DNA of 64,000 nt from an uncultured Verrucomicrobiae bacterium (GTDB lineage Bacteria > Verrucomicrobiota > Verrucomicrobiia > Limisphaerales > Palsa-1400). Each line of letters opens with the position of its first letter. Positions within the stretch are counted from its first letter, which is position 1. Shown here one piece after another: positions 9,769 to 18,617 of the stretch. Where the stretch lies: the NCBI GenBank assembly GCA_963707025.1, contig CAVPOM010000012.1:1-64000 (forward strand), written 5' to 3'. Under the pieces are notes generated by a model. That model did not search any database, was not told the origin of the DNA, and saw nothing but the letters and a program-made list of their open reading frames with translations. The translations under genes were made by a program, and so were the position numbers.

Positions 9769-10818
9769 ATGATTGCACCCATGACATTGGCGCCCAGATC
9801 CGGCCGGCTCCGCCGCGACCGTTGCGGCGTTCGCAAGGCCAGCCGCCCGCCCGGCTTGGCCCGGTCCCGCTCCCTGTCCCGGAAGCGATTGCCGGACCGC
9901 GCCCTGACCCCGGTCGAGGTTTATCCGGCGCCCGCCCTGTTGCCCGGCCGCCTGCCGCAACTGCCTGAGTTGGAAAGGGAAACCTACGACGAAAACTCGG
10001 GCCTGACCCTTTACCTCCAGGAAGTGGGCCGGACGCCACTTTTGACGCCGCTCGAGGAAATCCAACTGGCCAAGCGCATCAAAAGAGGCGATGCCAAGGC
10101 CCGCGAACAGATGATCAAGGCCAATTTGCGCCTCGTCGTCAAAATCGCCCGCGGCTACGAGAATTATGGCCTGCCCTTGCTCGATCTGATCAACGAGGGA
10201 AATATCGGTTTGATGAAGGGGGTCGAGCGGTTTGACCCGGCCAAAGGCGCCAAGTTCTCCACTTACGGCGCCTGGTGGATCAAACAGTCCATCCGGCGCG
10301 CCCTGGCCAACCAGTCCAAGACCATCCGGCTGCCCGTCCATGTTGTGGACAAAATCTCCAACATTCGCCGCACCGCCATGAAATTGCAGGAGATTCTCGG
10401 CGTCGAGCCGGACGATGACCAAATCGCCCAGGAACTGGGCATCTCCACCGCCCGCGTCCGCCAATATCGCGCCGCCGCCGTCGCCCCCATGTCCCTGGAT
10501 TCCCCTCTGGGCGAGGATTCCGACAACCGCATTTCCGACATCATCGCCGACGAGCGGGCCGGCTCTCCCTTTGAAGCGATGGCCGGCAGGGCCAACGTCG
10601 GCCTGCTGCACAAAGTCCTGGCCAGGCTCCCCGCGCGCGAGGCGGCCATCCTGGCCTTGCGTTTCAATTTGGATGGCAAGGCCAACGGCGACGCCACCCT
10701 GGAAGACGTGGGAAAAAAATTCGGCGTCACCCGCGAGCGCATCCGTCAAATCCAGCAATCCGCCCTCATCAAACTGCGCAAAATGATGGAGAAACTCGAC
10801 CAGCCCAAGGCCGCCTGA
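9769..10818 (+). CDS. RNA polymerase sigma-70 factor, RpoD/SigA family (no region 1.1)
   Basis: LYLQEVG, ANLRLVVKIARGY, DLINEGNIGLMKGVERFDP, KFSTYGAWWIKQ, TLEDVG..FGVTRERIRQI; start uncertain. Confidence 0.92.
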   Translation: MIAPMTLAPRSGRLRRDRCGVRKASRPPGLARSRSLSRKRLPDRALTPVEVYPAPALLPGRLPQLPELERETYDENSGLTLYLQEVGRTPLLTPLEEIQLAKRIKRGDAKAREQMIKANLRLVVKIARGYENYGLPLLDLINEGNIGLMKGVERFDPAKGAKFSTYGAWWIKQSIRRALANQSKTIRLPVHVVDKISNIRRTAMKLQEILGVEPDDDQIAQELGISTARVRQYRAAAVAPMSLDSPLGEDSDNRISDIIADERAGSPFEAMAGRANVGLLHKVLARLPAREAAILALRFNLDGKANGDATLEDVGKKFGVTRERIRQIQQSALIKLRKMMEKLDQPKAA

Positions 10819-10870
10819 CCCGCCTCGGTGGGGCGAGACTCGTCGAGCCGAAATTTTTGCCTGACGGCGC

Positions 10871-11293
10871 TTAGCCAAATGGATTTTCAGTCGCGCAAAA
10901 TGGAAAGTGCTTCGTGTTTCTGGTCGCTACCGTCAGGCCATACTCGCGTGCGATTGCGCCAATCTGCGTGTCGCGCAGATCAAAATGTTTCCACCAATCC
11001 GAACCGTGCGCTGCTTCCAACTCCGCCGCATATCGGCCCCATTCGGTGGCCGACGGTCCGTCAAAGTCCAAAAAATGACCGGCGTAATCTTCTGTCAAAA
11101 ACTGAAAGGCCGTCTCCGCGGCGGCTTTGCGCTTGCCCTCCTGCAGACACTCGATCCCATAACGGATTTCCGCCAGCGTGATCGCGGATAGCACGCATTT
11201 CCCCCGCCGGGCCTGCAGCCACGCGAGGCATTTGGCATCCGGGATTGGCTTCGCCGTTTCCGCAACGACATTGGTGTCCAGAAGATAAGTCAT
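10871..11293 (-). CDS. vapC: PIN-domain VapC toxin
   Basis: YLLDTNVVAE, ITLAEI, DTQIGAIA, VATRNTKHF. Confidence 0.9.
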   Translation of the reverse strand: MTYLLDTNVVAETAKPIPDAKCLAWLQARRGKCVLSAITLAEIRYGIECLQEGKRKAAAETAFQFLTEDYAGHFLDFDGPSATEWGRYAAELEAAHGSDWWKHFDLRDTQIGAIAREYGLTVATRNTKHFPFCATENPFG

Positions 11294-11520
11294 GTGCGAG
11301 GCGGACAAATATGTTGCCGTTCCGCGATGGCCAGGCCTTTGAGTCGCAAGAGATGATCCACCAAATCCATTTTTGGCGCGGACTTGACTGGCCGGAACAC
11401 GATGGCGCCACTTTTGGTTTCCAACACCGCAAAAGCACTGCCCTTGCCAAACTCGTGCTCGTCCCGGATGTTCTTCGGCACGACAATCTGCCCTTTCTCC
11501 GACATGTGGATTATGGTCAT
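11290..11520 (-). CDS. AbrB/MazE/SpoVT-family antitoxin
   Basis: MSEKGQIVVPKNIRD; overlaps vapC start. Confidence 0.85.
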   Translation of the reverse strand: MTIIHMSEKGQIVVPKNIRDEHEFGKGSAFAVLETKSGAIVFRPVKSAPKMDLVDHLLRLKGLAIAERQHICPPRT

Positions 11521-11748
11521 GGTAGGAAATTACTACACCTCATCGCTTTTGCAATGCTTACTTTTTTGTTGCCCGTTTTCCTTTGACAAACCGCCCAAAA
11601 GTGTTGCTTCGTATTTCTTCTATATGCAAGCCACACCCCTCCCATCCCGGCATCCGCGCTCCCCCACTTTCCGTGATGCTCCAGTGCGGCGGGACGACGG
11701 GGAAAAGCCGCCATCCGCCCTCCGCAATCCGCTCTCCGGCAATTCGCC

Positions 11749-13308
11749 ATGAATCTCGCCCAGGCCTTCTCCGACTCCGCCCGGCGGGATTTGCAAAAAA
11801 CCGCGCTTTTCTGGGGGGACGTTGAGTTTTCTTACGGAGAACTCTGGTCGCGCTCTTTATGGGTGGCCGGGCGCCTCAGCCAGGAATTCGGCGTCCAGCC
11901 TGGCGATCGCGTCGGGATTTGGCTGAAGAACTGCCCGGAATTCATTCCGGCCCTCTTCGGCATCCTCCAAGCCGGCGCCGTGGTCGTCCCCATCAACAAC
12001 TTCCTCAAACCCAACGAAGTCCAATTCATCCTCGCCGACGCTGGCATCGCCACCCTCATCACCGACGCCGGCGCGCCAGAGGGCCTGGCCGCGCTCCAGG
12101 CCGCCCACCCGCTCCTGAAAACCTTGCTCGCCCAACAAATCACCGACGCCCCGATCCTGGAATCGCCTTCCCCCAGCCCGCCCCTGCCCGCGTCCAAGCC
12201 CGGCGAAGGCGCCTCCGCCGTCCGCCCTCCGCCCTCAGAACTGGCTGTCATCATCTACACCTCCGGCACCACCGGCCATCCCAAGGGCGCGATGCTCTCC
12301 CACGCCAATCTCCTGGCCAACCTGGAAAGTTGCCGCATCGTTCTGGAAGCCGTCGGGGAAGATCGCATTGCCGTGCTCCTGCCCATGTTCCACAGCTTCA
12401 TGCTCACCGTGGGGATTCTGCTCCCGCTCTACGTCGGCGGCTCCATTGTCCTGGTCAAATCCCTCCACCCGGCCAAGAATATATTGCAGGAAATCATCCG
12501 CCATCGCGCCACCCTTCTGCCCGCCGTCCCCCAATTCTTCCGCACCCTGGCCAGCGCCACCTTGCCCGCCGATTTGCCCTTGCGCGTTTGCATCAGCGGC
12601 GCCGCCCCCTTGCCGGCGGCCATTTTGCAGGAATTCACCGCCCGCTTTCCCTTTCCGCTCCTGGAAGGCTACGGTCTGAGCGAAGCCAGCCCGGTGGTTT
12701 CTTTCAATCCCATTCGCGGTCCCTGGAAAGCCGGTTCCATCGGCCTGCCCGTTGCCAACGTGGAAATCTCCGCCCAAAACGAGGCCGGCGACATTCTCGG
12801 CCCGAACCACACCGGGGAAATCTGTGTGCGCGGCCCCAACGTCATGCTCGGTTATTGGAACCAGCCCCTGGAAAGCGCCCGGGCTTTTCGCCGCGGCTGG
12901 CTCCTGACCGGCGACATCGGCCACCACGACCGCGACGGCTATTTCTACATCACCGATCGCAAGAAAGACATGCTCCTGGTCAACGGCTGCAATGTTTATC
13001 CGCGCGAGATCGAAGAAATTCTCTACCAATTTCCCGGCGTGCGCGAAGCCGCCGTCATCGGCCTGCCCGACCCGCGCAAGGGCGAACAACCGCTGGCCTT
13101 CGTTGCCGCCAACGACCGCATCACCCTGGACACGCCCGCCCTGCTGCAATTTCTCCGCGAGCGCCTGGCCGATTACAAATTGCCGCGCCAAATAATTATT
13201 CTCCCCAACCTCCCGCGCAATGCCACCGGCAAGATTCTCAAGACCCGCCTGCGTCAAATGCTCGCCGCTGGCCAACTCCCCGGCGGCGCCCCAAAGCCCT
13301 CGGAATGA
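11749..13308 (+). CDS. Long-chain fatty acid--CoA ligase (AMP-binding)
   Basis: IIYTSGTTGHPKG, EGYGLSE, TGDIG, DRKKD, NVYPREIE, TGKILK. Confidence 0.93.
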   Translation: MNLAQAFSDSARRDLQKTALFWGDVEFSYGELWSRSLWVAGRLSQEFGVQPGDRVGIWLKNCPEFIPALFGILQAGAVVVPINNFLKPNEVQFILADAGIATLITDAGAPEGLAALQAAHPLLKTLLAQQITDAPILESPSPSPPLPASKPGEGASAVRPPPSELAVIIYTSGTTGHPKGAMLSHANLLANLESCRIVLEAVGEDRIAVLLPMFHSFMLTVGILLPLYVGGSIVLVKSLHPAKNILQEIIRHRATLLPAVPQFFRTLASATLPADLPLRVCISGAAPLPAAILQEFTARFPFPLLEGYGLSEASPVVSFNPIRGPWKAGSIGLPVANVEISAQNEAGDILGPNHTGEICVRGPNVMLGYWNQPLESARAFRRGWLLTGDIGHHDRDGYFYITDRKKDMLLVNGCNVYPREIEEILYQFPGVREAAVIGLPDPRKGEQPLAFVAANDRITLDTPALLQFLRERLADYKLPRQIIILPNLPRNATGKILKTRLRQMLAAGQLPGGAPKPSE

Positions 13309-13471
13309 CCTCTTTTCTCCCGGTTTACCCCCCGCCAATTGCTGTTTTATCTTGTTGCATATAAACAGGTTATGACTGTCTCGCCGTTTACGAGTTGACG
13401 CTGCCCGCCTGCCCCCTGTAACCTTTCAGCACTGCGGCATGACGCCAGAAGCTCCTGCCCAGATCATTTTT

Positions 13472-13798
13472 ATGCCTGAAGGATATTGTGTTAAGTGCAA
13501 GGCCAAAAAAGAAATCGCCGAGGCGGTGGAAGAAACCATGAAGAACGGACGCAAAGCGATCAAGGGCAAATGCCCGACCTGCGGCGTCGTCATGTTCAAG
13601 ATTCTCGGCGGCAAAGCCGCCGTCGCCACTCCTGCCGCCGCAAAATCTGCGGAGGGGGCGGCTTCCCATCCACCCGCCAAAGCCGCCGCCGCCGCTCCCG
13701 CCGCCGCAAAATCTGCGGAGGGGCCGGCTTCCACTCCACCCGTCAAAGCCGCCGCCCCAACCCCGGCCGCGGCCAAACCAACAACCCCGTCCAGTTGA
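13472..13798 (+). CDS. Small Zn-ribbon protein (DUF5679-like) with Ala/Lys/Pro-rich repeat tail
   Basis: GYCVKCK...KNGRKAIKGKCPTCG; duplicated PAAAKSAEG repeat. Confidence 0.8.
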   Translation: MPEGYCVKCKAKKEIAEAVEETMKNGRKAIKGKCPTCGVVMFKILGGKAAVATPAAAKSAEGAASHPPAKAAAAAPAAAKSAEGPASTPPVKAAAPTPAAAKPTTPSS

Positions 13799-13804
13799 TT
13801 TCCT

Positions 13805-14977
13805 ATGGCGCAACAACTCGCCTACGTCCTCATCACTCCCTACACCCTCCACAAGTCCCGCACCGGCGGGATTATTGCCCGTCTCATTACCCGCACCGGG
13901 CTGGATCTGGTGGCCGCCCGCATGTTCGCTCCCTGTGCCGAATTGGTGCAGCGCTACTCCGAAGCCGTCGTCTCCGCCGCCGACCCGCAGGACCGCCGCA
14001 TCCAGGAACTCATCCGCGATTACATCCTGGCCAATCTCAGCCCCGATCTCAAATCCGGCCGCCGCCGCCGCGTCATGATGCTCCTCTTCGCCGGCGACGA
14101 AGCCGTCCGCAAAATCCGCTCCGTCATCGGCAACATCAGCGCCCTCCGCCGCGGCGGCGAAACCATTCGCGACACCTACGGCGATTTGATTTTGGATGAC
14201 CATGACCAGGTCCGCTATTTCGAGCCGGCCGTCTTGGCCTCGCCCAGCGCCGAGGAGGCCGCCCAAAAACTCAAACTCTGGGCTCATTACTCCGACACCG
14301 ACGGCGGCGTCGTCAACAACACCCTTCCCTATCCGCCCGGCGAAATCCCCCAGCGCACCCTGGTCCTGATCAAGCCGGACAACTTCCGTTTCGCCACCGG
14401 CCGGCCGGGCAACGTCATTGATTTCCTTTCCCGCACCGGCCTCTACATTGTCGGCATCAAGGTCCACCGCATGAGCGTCGCCCAGGCCGCCGATTTCTAC
14501 GGGCCGGTCCGCGAAGTCTTGCGCACCCGGCTCAAAGACATCGTGGCCACCCGCGCCAAGGCCGCCCTGGAAAAGGAGTTTTCCTTCAAAATTCCCTCCG
14601 GCGAAGAAAAACAACTCGGCGACATCCTGGGCCCCATTTTCGGCGACAACCAGTTCGACAACATTGTCCGCTTCATGTCCGGCCGCACCCAGGCCGAATG
14701 CGACCCCGTGCAACTGCGCCAGCCCGGCACCGAAAAGTGCATCGCCCTCATTTACGAAGGCGTGTCGGCCATCCGCAAAATTCGCGACGTGCTCGGCCCC
14801 ACCGATCCCTCCAAGGCCCCTCCCGGCTCCGTCCGCCGCGAATTTGGCCAGAGCATCATGGTCAACGCCGCCCACGCCAGCGATTCGGAGGAAAGCGCCG
14901 CCCGCGAAATGGCCATCGTCAACGTGGGCGAAAACAACCTCCGCGCCGTCATCGAAGAATCCTGCGGCAAAGCCTGA
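13805..14977 (+). CDS. Nucleoside-diphosphate kinase family protein with two NDK-like domains
   Basis: TLVLIKPD, LGPTDPSKAPPGSVRREFG..IMVNAAHASDS; degenerate N-terminal domain (GETIRDTYG). Confidence 0.85.
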   Translation: MAQQLAYVLITPYTLHKSRTGGIIARLITRTGLDLVAARMFAPCAELVQRYSEAVVSAADPQDRRIQELIRDYILANLSPDLKSGRRRRVMMLLFAGDEAVRKIRSVIGNISALRRGGETIRDTYGDLILDDHDQVRYFEPAVLASPSAEEAAQKLKLWAHYSDTDGGVVNNTLPYPPGEIPQRTLVLIKPDNFRFATGRPGNVIDFLSRTGLYIVGIKVHRMSVAQAADFYGPVREVLRTRLKDIVATRAKAALEKEFSFKIPSGEEKQLGDILGPIFGDNQFDNIVRFMSGRTQAECDPVQLRQPGTEKCIALIYEGVSAIRKIRDVLGPTDPSKAPPGSVRREFGQSIMVNAAHASDSEESAAREMAIVNVGENNLRAVIEESCGKA

Positions 14978-15182
14978 TCGTCCCGATCATTCGCGACTTT
15001 CCGGGAGCGCGGTCGTCCCGACCGCATCCGTCGGCGTCCCGCCGGCGGAATCTTTCGTCCGCCTCCGTCCCATGCGTCCCCTGCGTCCTCTTCGTCCCAT
15101 AGATCCCATCCCCTTCCTCGTTGCCAGGGCGAAACTCCATCCGTGACTTCTCTCTGCCGGCCGCCCTTGCCCACGTACAACA

Positions 15183-15207
15183 AAAAAGCCGGGCTTTCGC
15201 CCGGCCT
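15183..15207 (-). terminator. Rho-independent terminator-like hairpin
   Basis: Minus strand GGCCGGGCGAAAGCCCGGC followed by T6. Confidence 0.55.
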
Positions 15208-15577
15208 CTGTGTATGAGAACAAAGTTTTTTAACTCTGCGTTGCTGGTGCGGCGCCGCAGACATACGCCGATTTCACACACACGGACCACTGCGTTTCAC
15301 ACCTTCAACATCCTCACCATACCCCATCCCCCATTCCCCGCCAGTCACCAGGTACTGGTGACAGCCCCCCGCGGGATTATATAGTTTGCAAACGCAGATT
15401 TATTAACGGCATAAGTCCTTGCATGTCACCGATTTACAATAGTTTAATTGAGCCATTTTTCGACCAAAACGCTTCGCTACTAGCAGCGGGTTGCGGCTCC
15501 CGCTCGCTCTTGGCCAGCGTTTCCAGCCGCGCCAAAAGCATTGACCGGGCCGGGCGGACGCGAGAGGATTCTTGGGC

Positions 15578-16213
15578 ATGGGGAACCTTTTCAACTTTTG
15601 GCAGGATTGCTTTGTTTCTGCTGCAAACATCGGCCACGGCGTATTTGGCTTGGTGGAAATTGTGTTGGCATTCCTTTGGCTGTTTTACGGCAGAAAGCAC
15701 AACGAGAAATCCCAGGCATGGTTGGAGGCGAATGTGAAAAAGAGTGCCAGATTATTGTTCCTTTGTTTGTTTTTTGGGGCTTTGGTTGTCTGGATGCCTT
15801 ACCATAAATGGGCTACTTCCGAACATGACAAAATAGCCGCCCAAACTGCGTTTATTGATTTTAACAATTCCAAACCAACGCCAGTCAAAACAAAATATCT
15901 CAGGCTCGCTAAACAGTTGGCCGAGCAGGCGGACGCCTGGGATAAGGCTAAATAAGACCTCAAAAAGAACGGGCCACCTGTCCTGCTTGCCACTTTCGAC
16001 CCCGGTTATTGGGGTAGCATTAAAGAGGAATTTGGAGACGATATTCTTCGGGCAAAGCGCGACTTGCGCGAGCATGGGGAGCGGTCAGAGTTATTGAACA
16101 GCCTGGCAACAGACGATAATATGGATACCAGAATGAACCGCTTTTTACCTGTAGAGGATTTACGGAAAATTGCTGCTGAAATAAAGCGGCTGGCCGAGCA
16201 GTTGAACGAGTAA
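15578..16213 (+). pseudogene. Cargo membrane protein (2 predicted TM segments + helical domain) with premature TAA at 15953-15955
   Basis: Frame stays open after the TAA to ...LRKIAAEIKRLAEQLNE* at 16213. Confidence 0.6.
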
Positions 16214-16217
16214 TCCT

Positions 16218-16382
16218 CTACTTCTTCCGCTTTACTAGCTCCCGCAACGGCGGCGTGTTCAGCATGATGCGCAGTCCGTCCTCGAACTTAATCCCGCTGA
16301 GGTTCAGCGGCGGCGCTTTGGGCGGAGTCTTTTTGGCAGGCTGTTTTCTTCTTTTCACGGCGACGTTTCCTTCCCCAACCAT
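16218..16382 (-). CDS. Small basic protein downstream of the IS1595 transposase (54 aa)
   Basis: MVGEGNVAVKRRKQPAKKTPPKAPPLNLSGIKFEDGLRIMLNTPPLRELVKRKK; below the ORF-track size cutoff. Confidence 0.5.
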   Translation of the reverse strand: MVGEGNVAVKRRKQPAKKTPPKAPPLNLSGIKFEDGLRIMLNTPPLRELVKRKK

Positions 16383-16437
16383 AGCGGACTGCGCCGGGTT
16401 TTACAAGACAATCCTGCGCCCGCGCAAGGCGCGACAT

Positions 16438-17406
16438 TCAAACGGCTTGGCGGTAGGTGAGCCGCTTGCCCTCCGTGCTCTCAATCCCTTTGACGAACCG
16501 AGCACCGTCTGTGGTGTGGCGGTTATCCCAGCGAAACGCGAACTCGTCCGCGTACTTCGGGAGGTGCTGGCGGCTAACGTGGTGCCACGCCCCGTAAACG
16601 CCGCGCTTGAGCAGGCTGAAAAAGCTCTCGCAAGTGTTGATGTGGGCCAGCCTGCCGCCCGGCATCCTGAGCACGTATTTCTTGGCCGAGTGGTTCACCG
16701 TGTCGTGCCCGGCGAACGATTTGAGGCGGTTGCGGTAAACGCCGGACTCGTCGGTGTTGATGACCGCGCTCTTGGCGACGGTAGAGTTTATCACGTCGTG
16801 CATGGTCAACTGCGTGACGTTCCCGACAACGTTTACGCGCATCCGCCCACCGCGCTCAATCAACGCAACGACAGGGGTTTTGCGGGCTGCTTTGCTTCTC
16901 ACCTCGCCCTTGCCGCCAACGTAGGTTTCGTCAACCTCGACCGTGCCGTCGAGCTTGGCAGATGTCGCGCCGTGCGGCCCCATTGCGTAGCGGATTCGGT
17001 GGGCCATGAACCACGCGCTTTTGTAGGTGATTTTGAGCATCCGGTGCAACTGGTGAGCGGAAATGCTTTTCTTGGAGGAGCACATGAGGAACCACGCCAT
17101 CATCCACTTTGAGATTGGAATGTGGCTGCCCTCGAAAACCGTCCTAACCGTCACCGTGAACTGTTCCCGGCAGGCGGCGCAGCAATACAACCCCTCCCGC
17201 ACCTTGCGCGGCTTGACCGCCGTTGCGCGGCGGACGGGCTGCGGCTTGGGCGTCAGCTTGTAAACGTCGTCGCACTTGCAGTGCGGGCAGACCGGGCCGT
17301 TTGGCCAGCGCAACGATTCCAGCAGTGCGCGAGCCTTGCCCTCGTCGCTGTATTGCTGCGCGAGCGTTATCAGGTTCAGTTCCTCTTTGTCGAATTCTGT
17401 TTGCAT
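16438..17406 (-). CDS. IS1595-family DDE transposase
   Basis: RWPNGPVCPHC Zn-ribbon, CCAACREQFTVT.RTVFE.SH, VEVDETYVGG, TDE, VNHS, HINTCESFFSLLKRG..G.WHHVS..HL..Y.DEF.FR. Confidence 0.95.
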   Translation of the reverse strand: MQTEFDKEELNLITLAQQYSDEGKARALLESLRWPNGPVCPHCKCDDVYKLTPKPQPVRRATAVKPRKVREGLYCCAACREQFTVTVRTVFEGSHIPISKWMMAWFLMCSSKKSISAHQLHRMLKITYKSAWFMAHRIRYAMGPHGATSAKLDGTVEVDETYVGGKGEVRSKAARKTPVVALIERGGRMRVNVVGNVTQLTMHDVINSTVAKSAVINTDESGVYRNRLKSFAGHDTVNHSAKKYVLRMPGGRLAHINTCESFFSLLKRGVYGAWHHVSRQHLPKYADEFAFRWDNRHTTDGARFVKGIESTEGKRLTYRQAV

Positions 17407-17440
17407 GATGCAATATAACCCAGCTTGCTAGGTTTTGCAA
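17407..17440 (-). promoter_or_regulatory. Sigma-70 promoter of the transposase with palindromic operator
   Basis: TTGCAA-17 nt-TATATT 5 nt before ATG; spacer region AACCTAGCAAGCTGGGTT is an imperfect palindrome. Confidence 0.6.
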
Positions 17441-17484
17441 GTGAAAAGTCATACTTTTTGCAAGTGCTTGATAATCAAGCGGTT

Positions 17485-17640
17485 TTAAACAGCTTTGCGA
17501 GCCTGCTTTTGGGCTTGCGTTGCGGGCTTCCGGGGACGCCCGCCGAGCTTGCCGTTGGCGCGGCTGGCCGCTGCCCGTGCGGGCGACTTGGTGAGGCCGC
17601 CGAGGCGGGCGAACGCCTTCGCGTATTGTTTCATGTTCAT
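17485..17640 (-). CDS. Small basic protein (51 aa), possible DNA-binding regulator
   Basis: MNMKQYAKAFARLGGLTKSPARAAASRANGKLGGRPRKPATQAQKQARKAV; preceded by a TTGACA...TAATAT promoter. Confidence 0.6.
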   Translation of the reverse strand: MNMKQYAKAFARLGGLTKSPARAAASRANGKLGGRPRKPATQAQKQARKAV

Positions 17641-17646
17641 GGCTGT

Positions 17647-17676
17647 ATATTAACCCATCAAGCTAGGTTTGTCAAG
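17647..17676 (-). promoter_or_regulatory. Sigma-70 promoter with the same operator as the transposase promoter
   Basis: TTGACA AACCTAGCTTGATGGGT TAATAT. Confidence 0.6.
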
Positions 17677-17729
17677 TTGGAAGCGCCCCGCCCGTTGCTG
17701 GGCGGGGACACCGTGTTTTGGTTTTGGCA

Positions 17730-17882
17730 CTACCGCCGCAGAATCCTGCGTTGCGTGCTGCTCCTCACCGGCATCTGGTTGACCGGCCTCTGCTGGCAGA
17801 GACGTTTCGGCACCATTGGCGGATGAATGAGGGCAAAGCGCAGCCTTTCAGCGGCAGGAGTGCATTTGCAGTTTTTGTGCAT
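17730..17882 (-). CDS. Possible 50-aa hypothetical peptide
   Basis: AAGGA ribosome-binding site before ATG; GC-rich hairpin downstream; no recognisable motif. Confidence 0.3.
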   Translation of the reverse strand: MHKNCKCTPAAERLRFALIHPPMVPKRLCQQRPVNQMPVRSSTQRRILRR

Positions 17883-17949
17883 AGCAGTTCCTTGCTGTTT
17901 TTAAACAGATTTCGCTTGCAGCCAGCCGGGTGCTATGCTAAACTTCGTA

Positions 17950-18027
17950 CGTTATGCTGGAAGTTTAGCCAGCACCTGCTGGCCCGTTTAGTTTAGTGAG
18001 CCGTACTTCACCGTGCGGCTCTTTTTT
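17950..18027 (+). ncRNA. Candidate ~80-nt small RNA
   Basis: TTGCAG-17 nt-TAAACT with extended TG (17916-17944), then terminator GAGCCGTACTTCACCGTGCGGCTC-T6 (17998-18027); no substantial ORF between. Confidence 0.5.
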
Positions 18028-18065
18028 ACGTTTATATCAGTTCTTCCATCGTTTTAAACTGCATC

Positions 18066-18340
18066 GAGTCCTATTGTACTGGTTGACCACTTGTTCGGCA
18101 GTCACGTCGCCGAACTTCACGTTGTACCAGTTACCACGCCAACAGGTCCTCACACAAAAACAGAAGCGAAGACATGAGACGGCCATCCGTCATCTACATC
18201 TTCGCTTTCTGATTATTGTATGTTTGGCGTGCCAGCTTGGCGCTAGTCCACAGCCCCTCTGTCAGTTCTTACTCGCCGGTTTTTCACCCCCGGCGGGGCT
18301 TCGTATGCGCTGGCGGTTTTGAGGCCAACCCGCGCAACTC
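18066..18340 (-). ncRNA. Candidate ~275-nt multi-stem structured RNA
   Basis: TTGACA-16 nt-TAATTT promoter with extended TG (18346-18373); five hairpin domains and a closing GAGUU/GACUC helix; several G-U pairs work only on the minus strand. Confidence 0.6.
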
Positions 18341-18617
18341 ATAATAAATTATCACGGTCTGGCAGCCTGTCAATTCCAGATGCTAAAAATCGGCGTTGAC
18401 GGAACTGCCGAGCGGGCATTGAATCGCGGCATTATGCCAACCGAGGAAACTATAAAATTCGCATGTTCTCACTGCAACCAGTCCATCGAAGCCCCGGTAG
18501 CAATGGTCGGGACTGAAATCGTATGTCCAGGGTGCGGCAAGAAGGTGATTGTTTGGAAGATGCCATACACATACACGAAGCGCGAGAATCTTGAAGCAAC
18601 AGCGAAAGGATTTGTTT

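Noticed and set aside
17996..18322. 108-aa plus-strand ORF
   Set aside because: Its GTG start overlaps a terminator hairpin, there is no ribosome-binding site or motif, and the region is better explained as structured RNA (not excluded)
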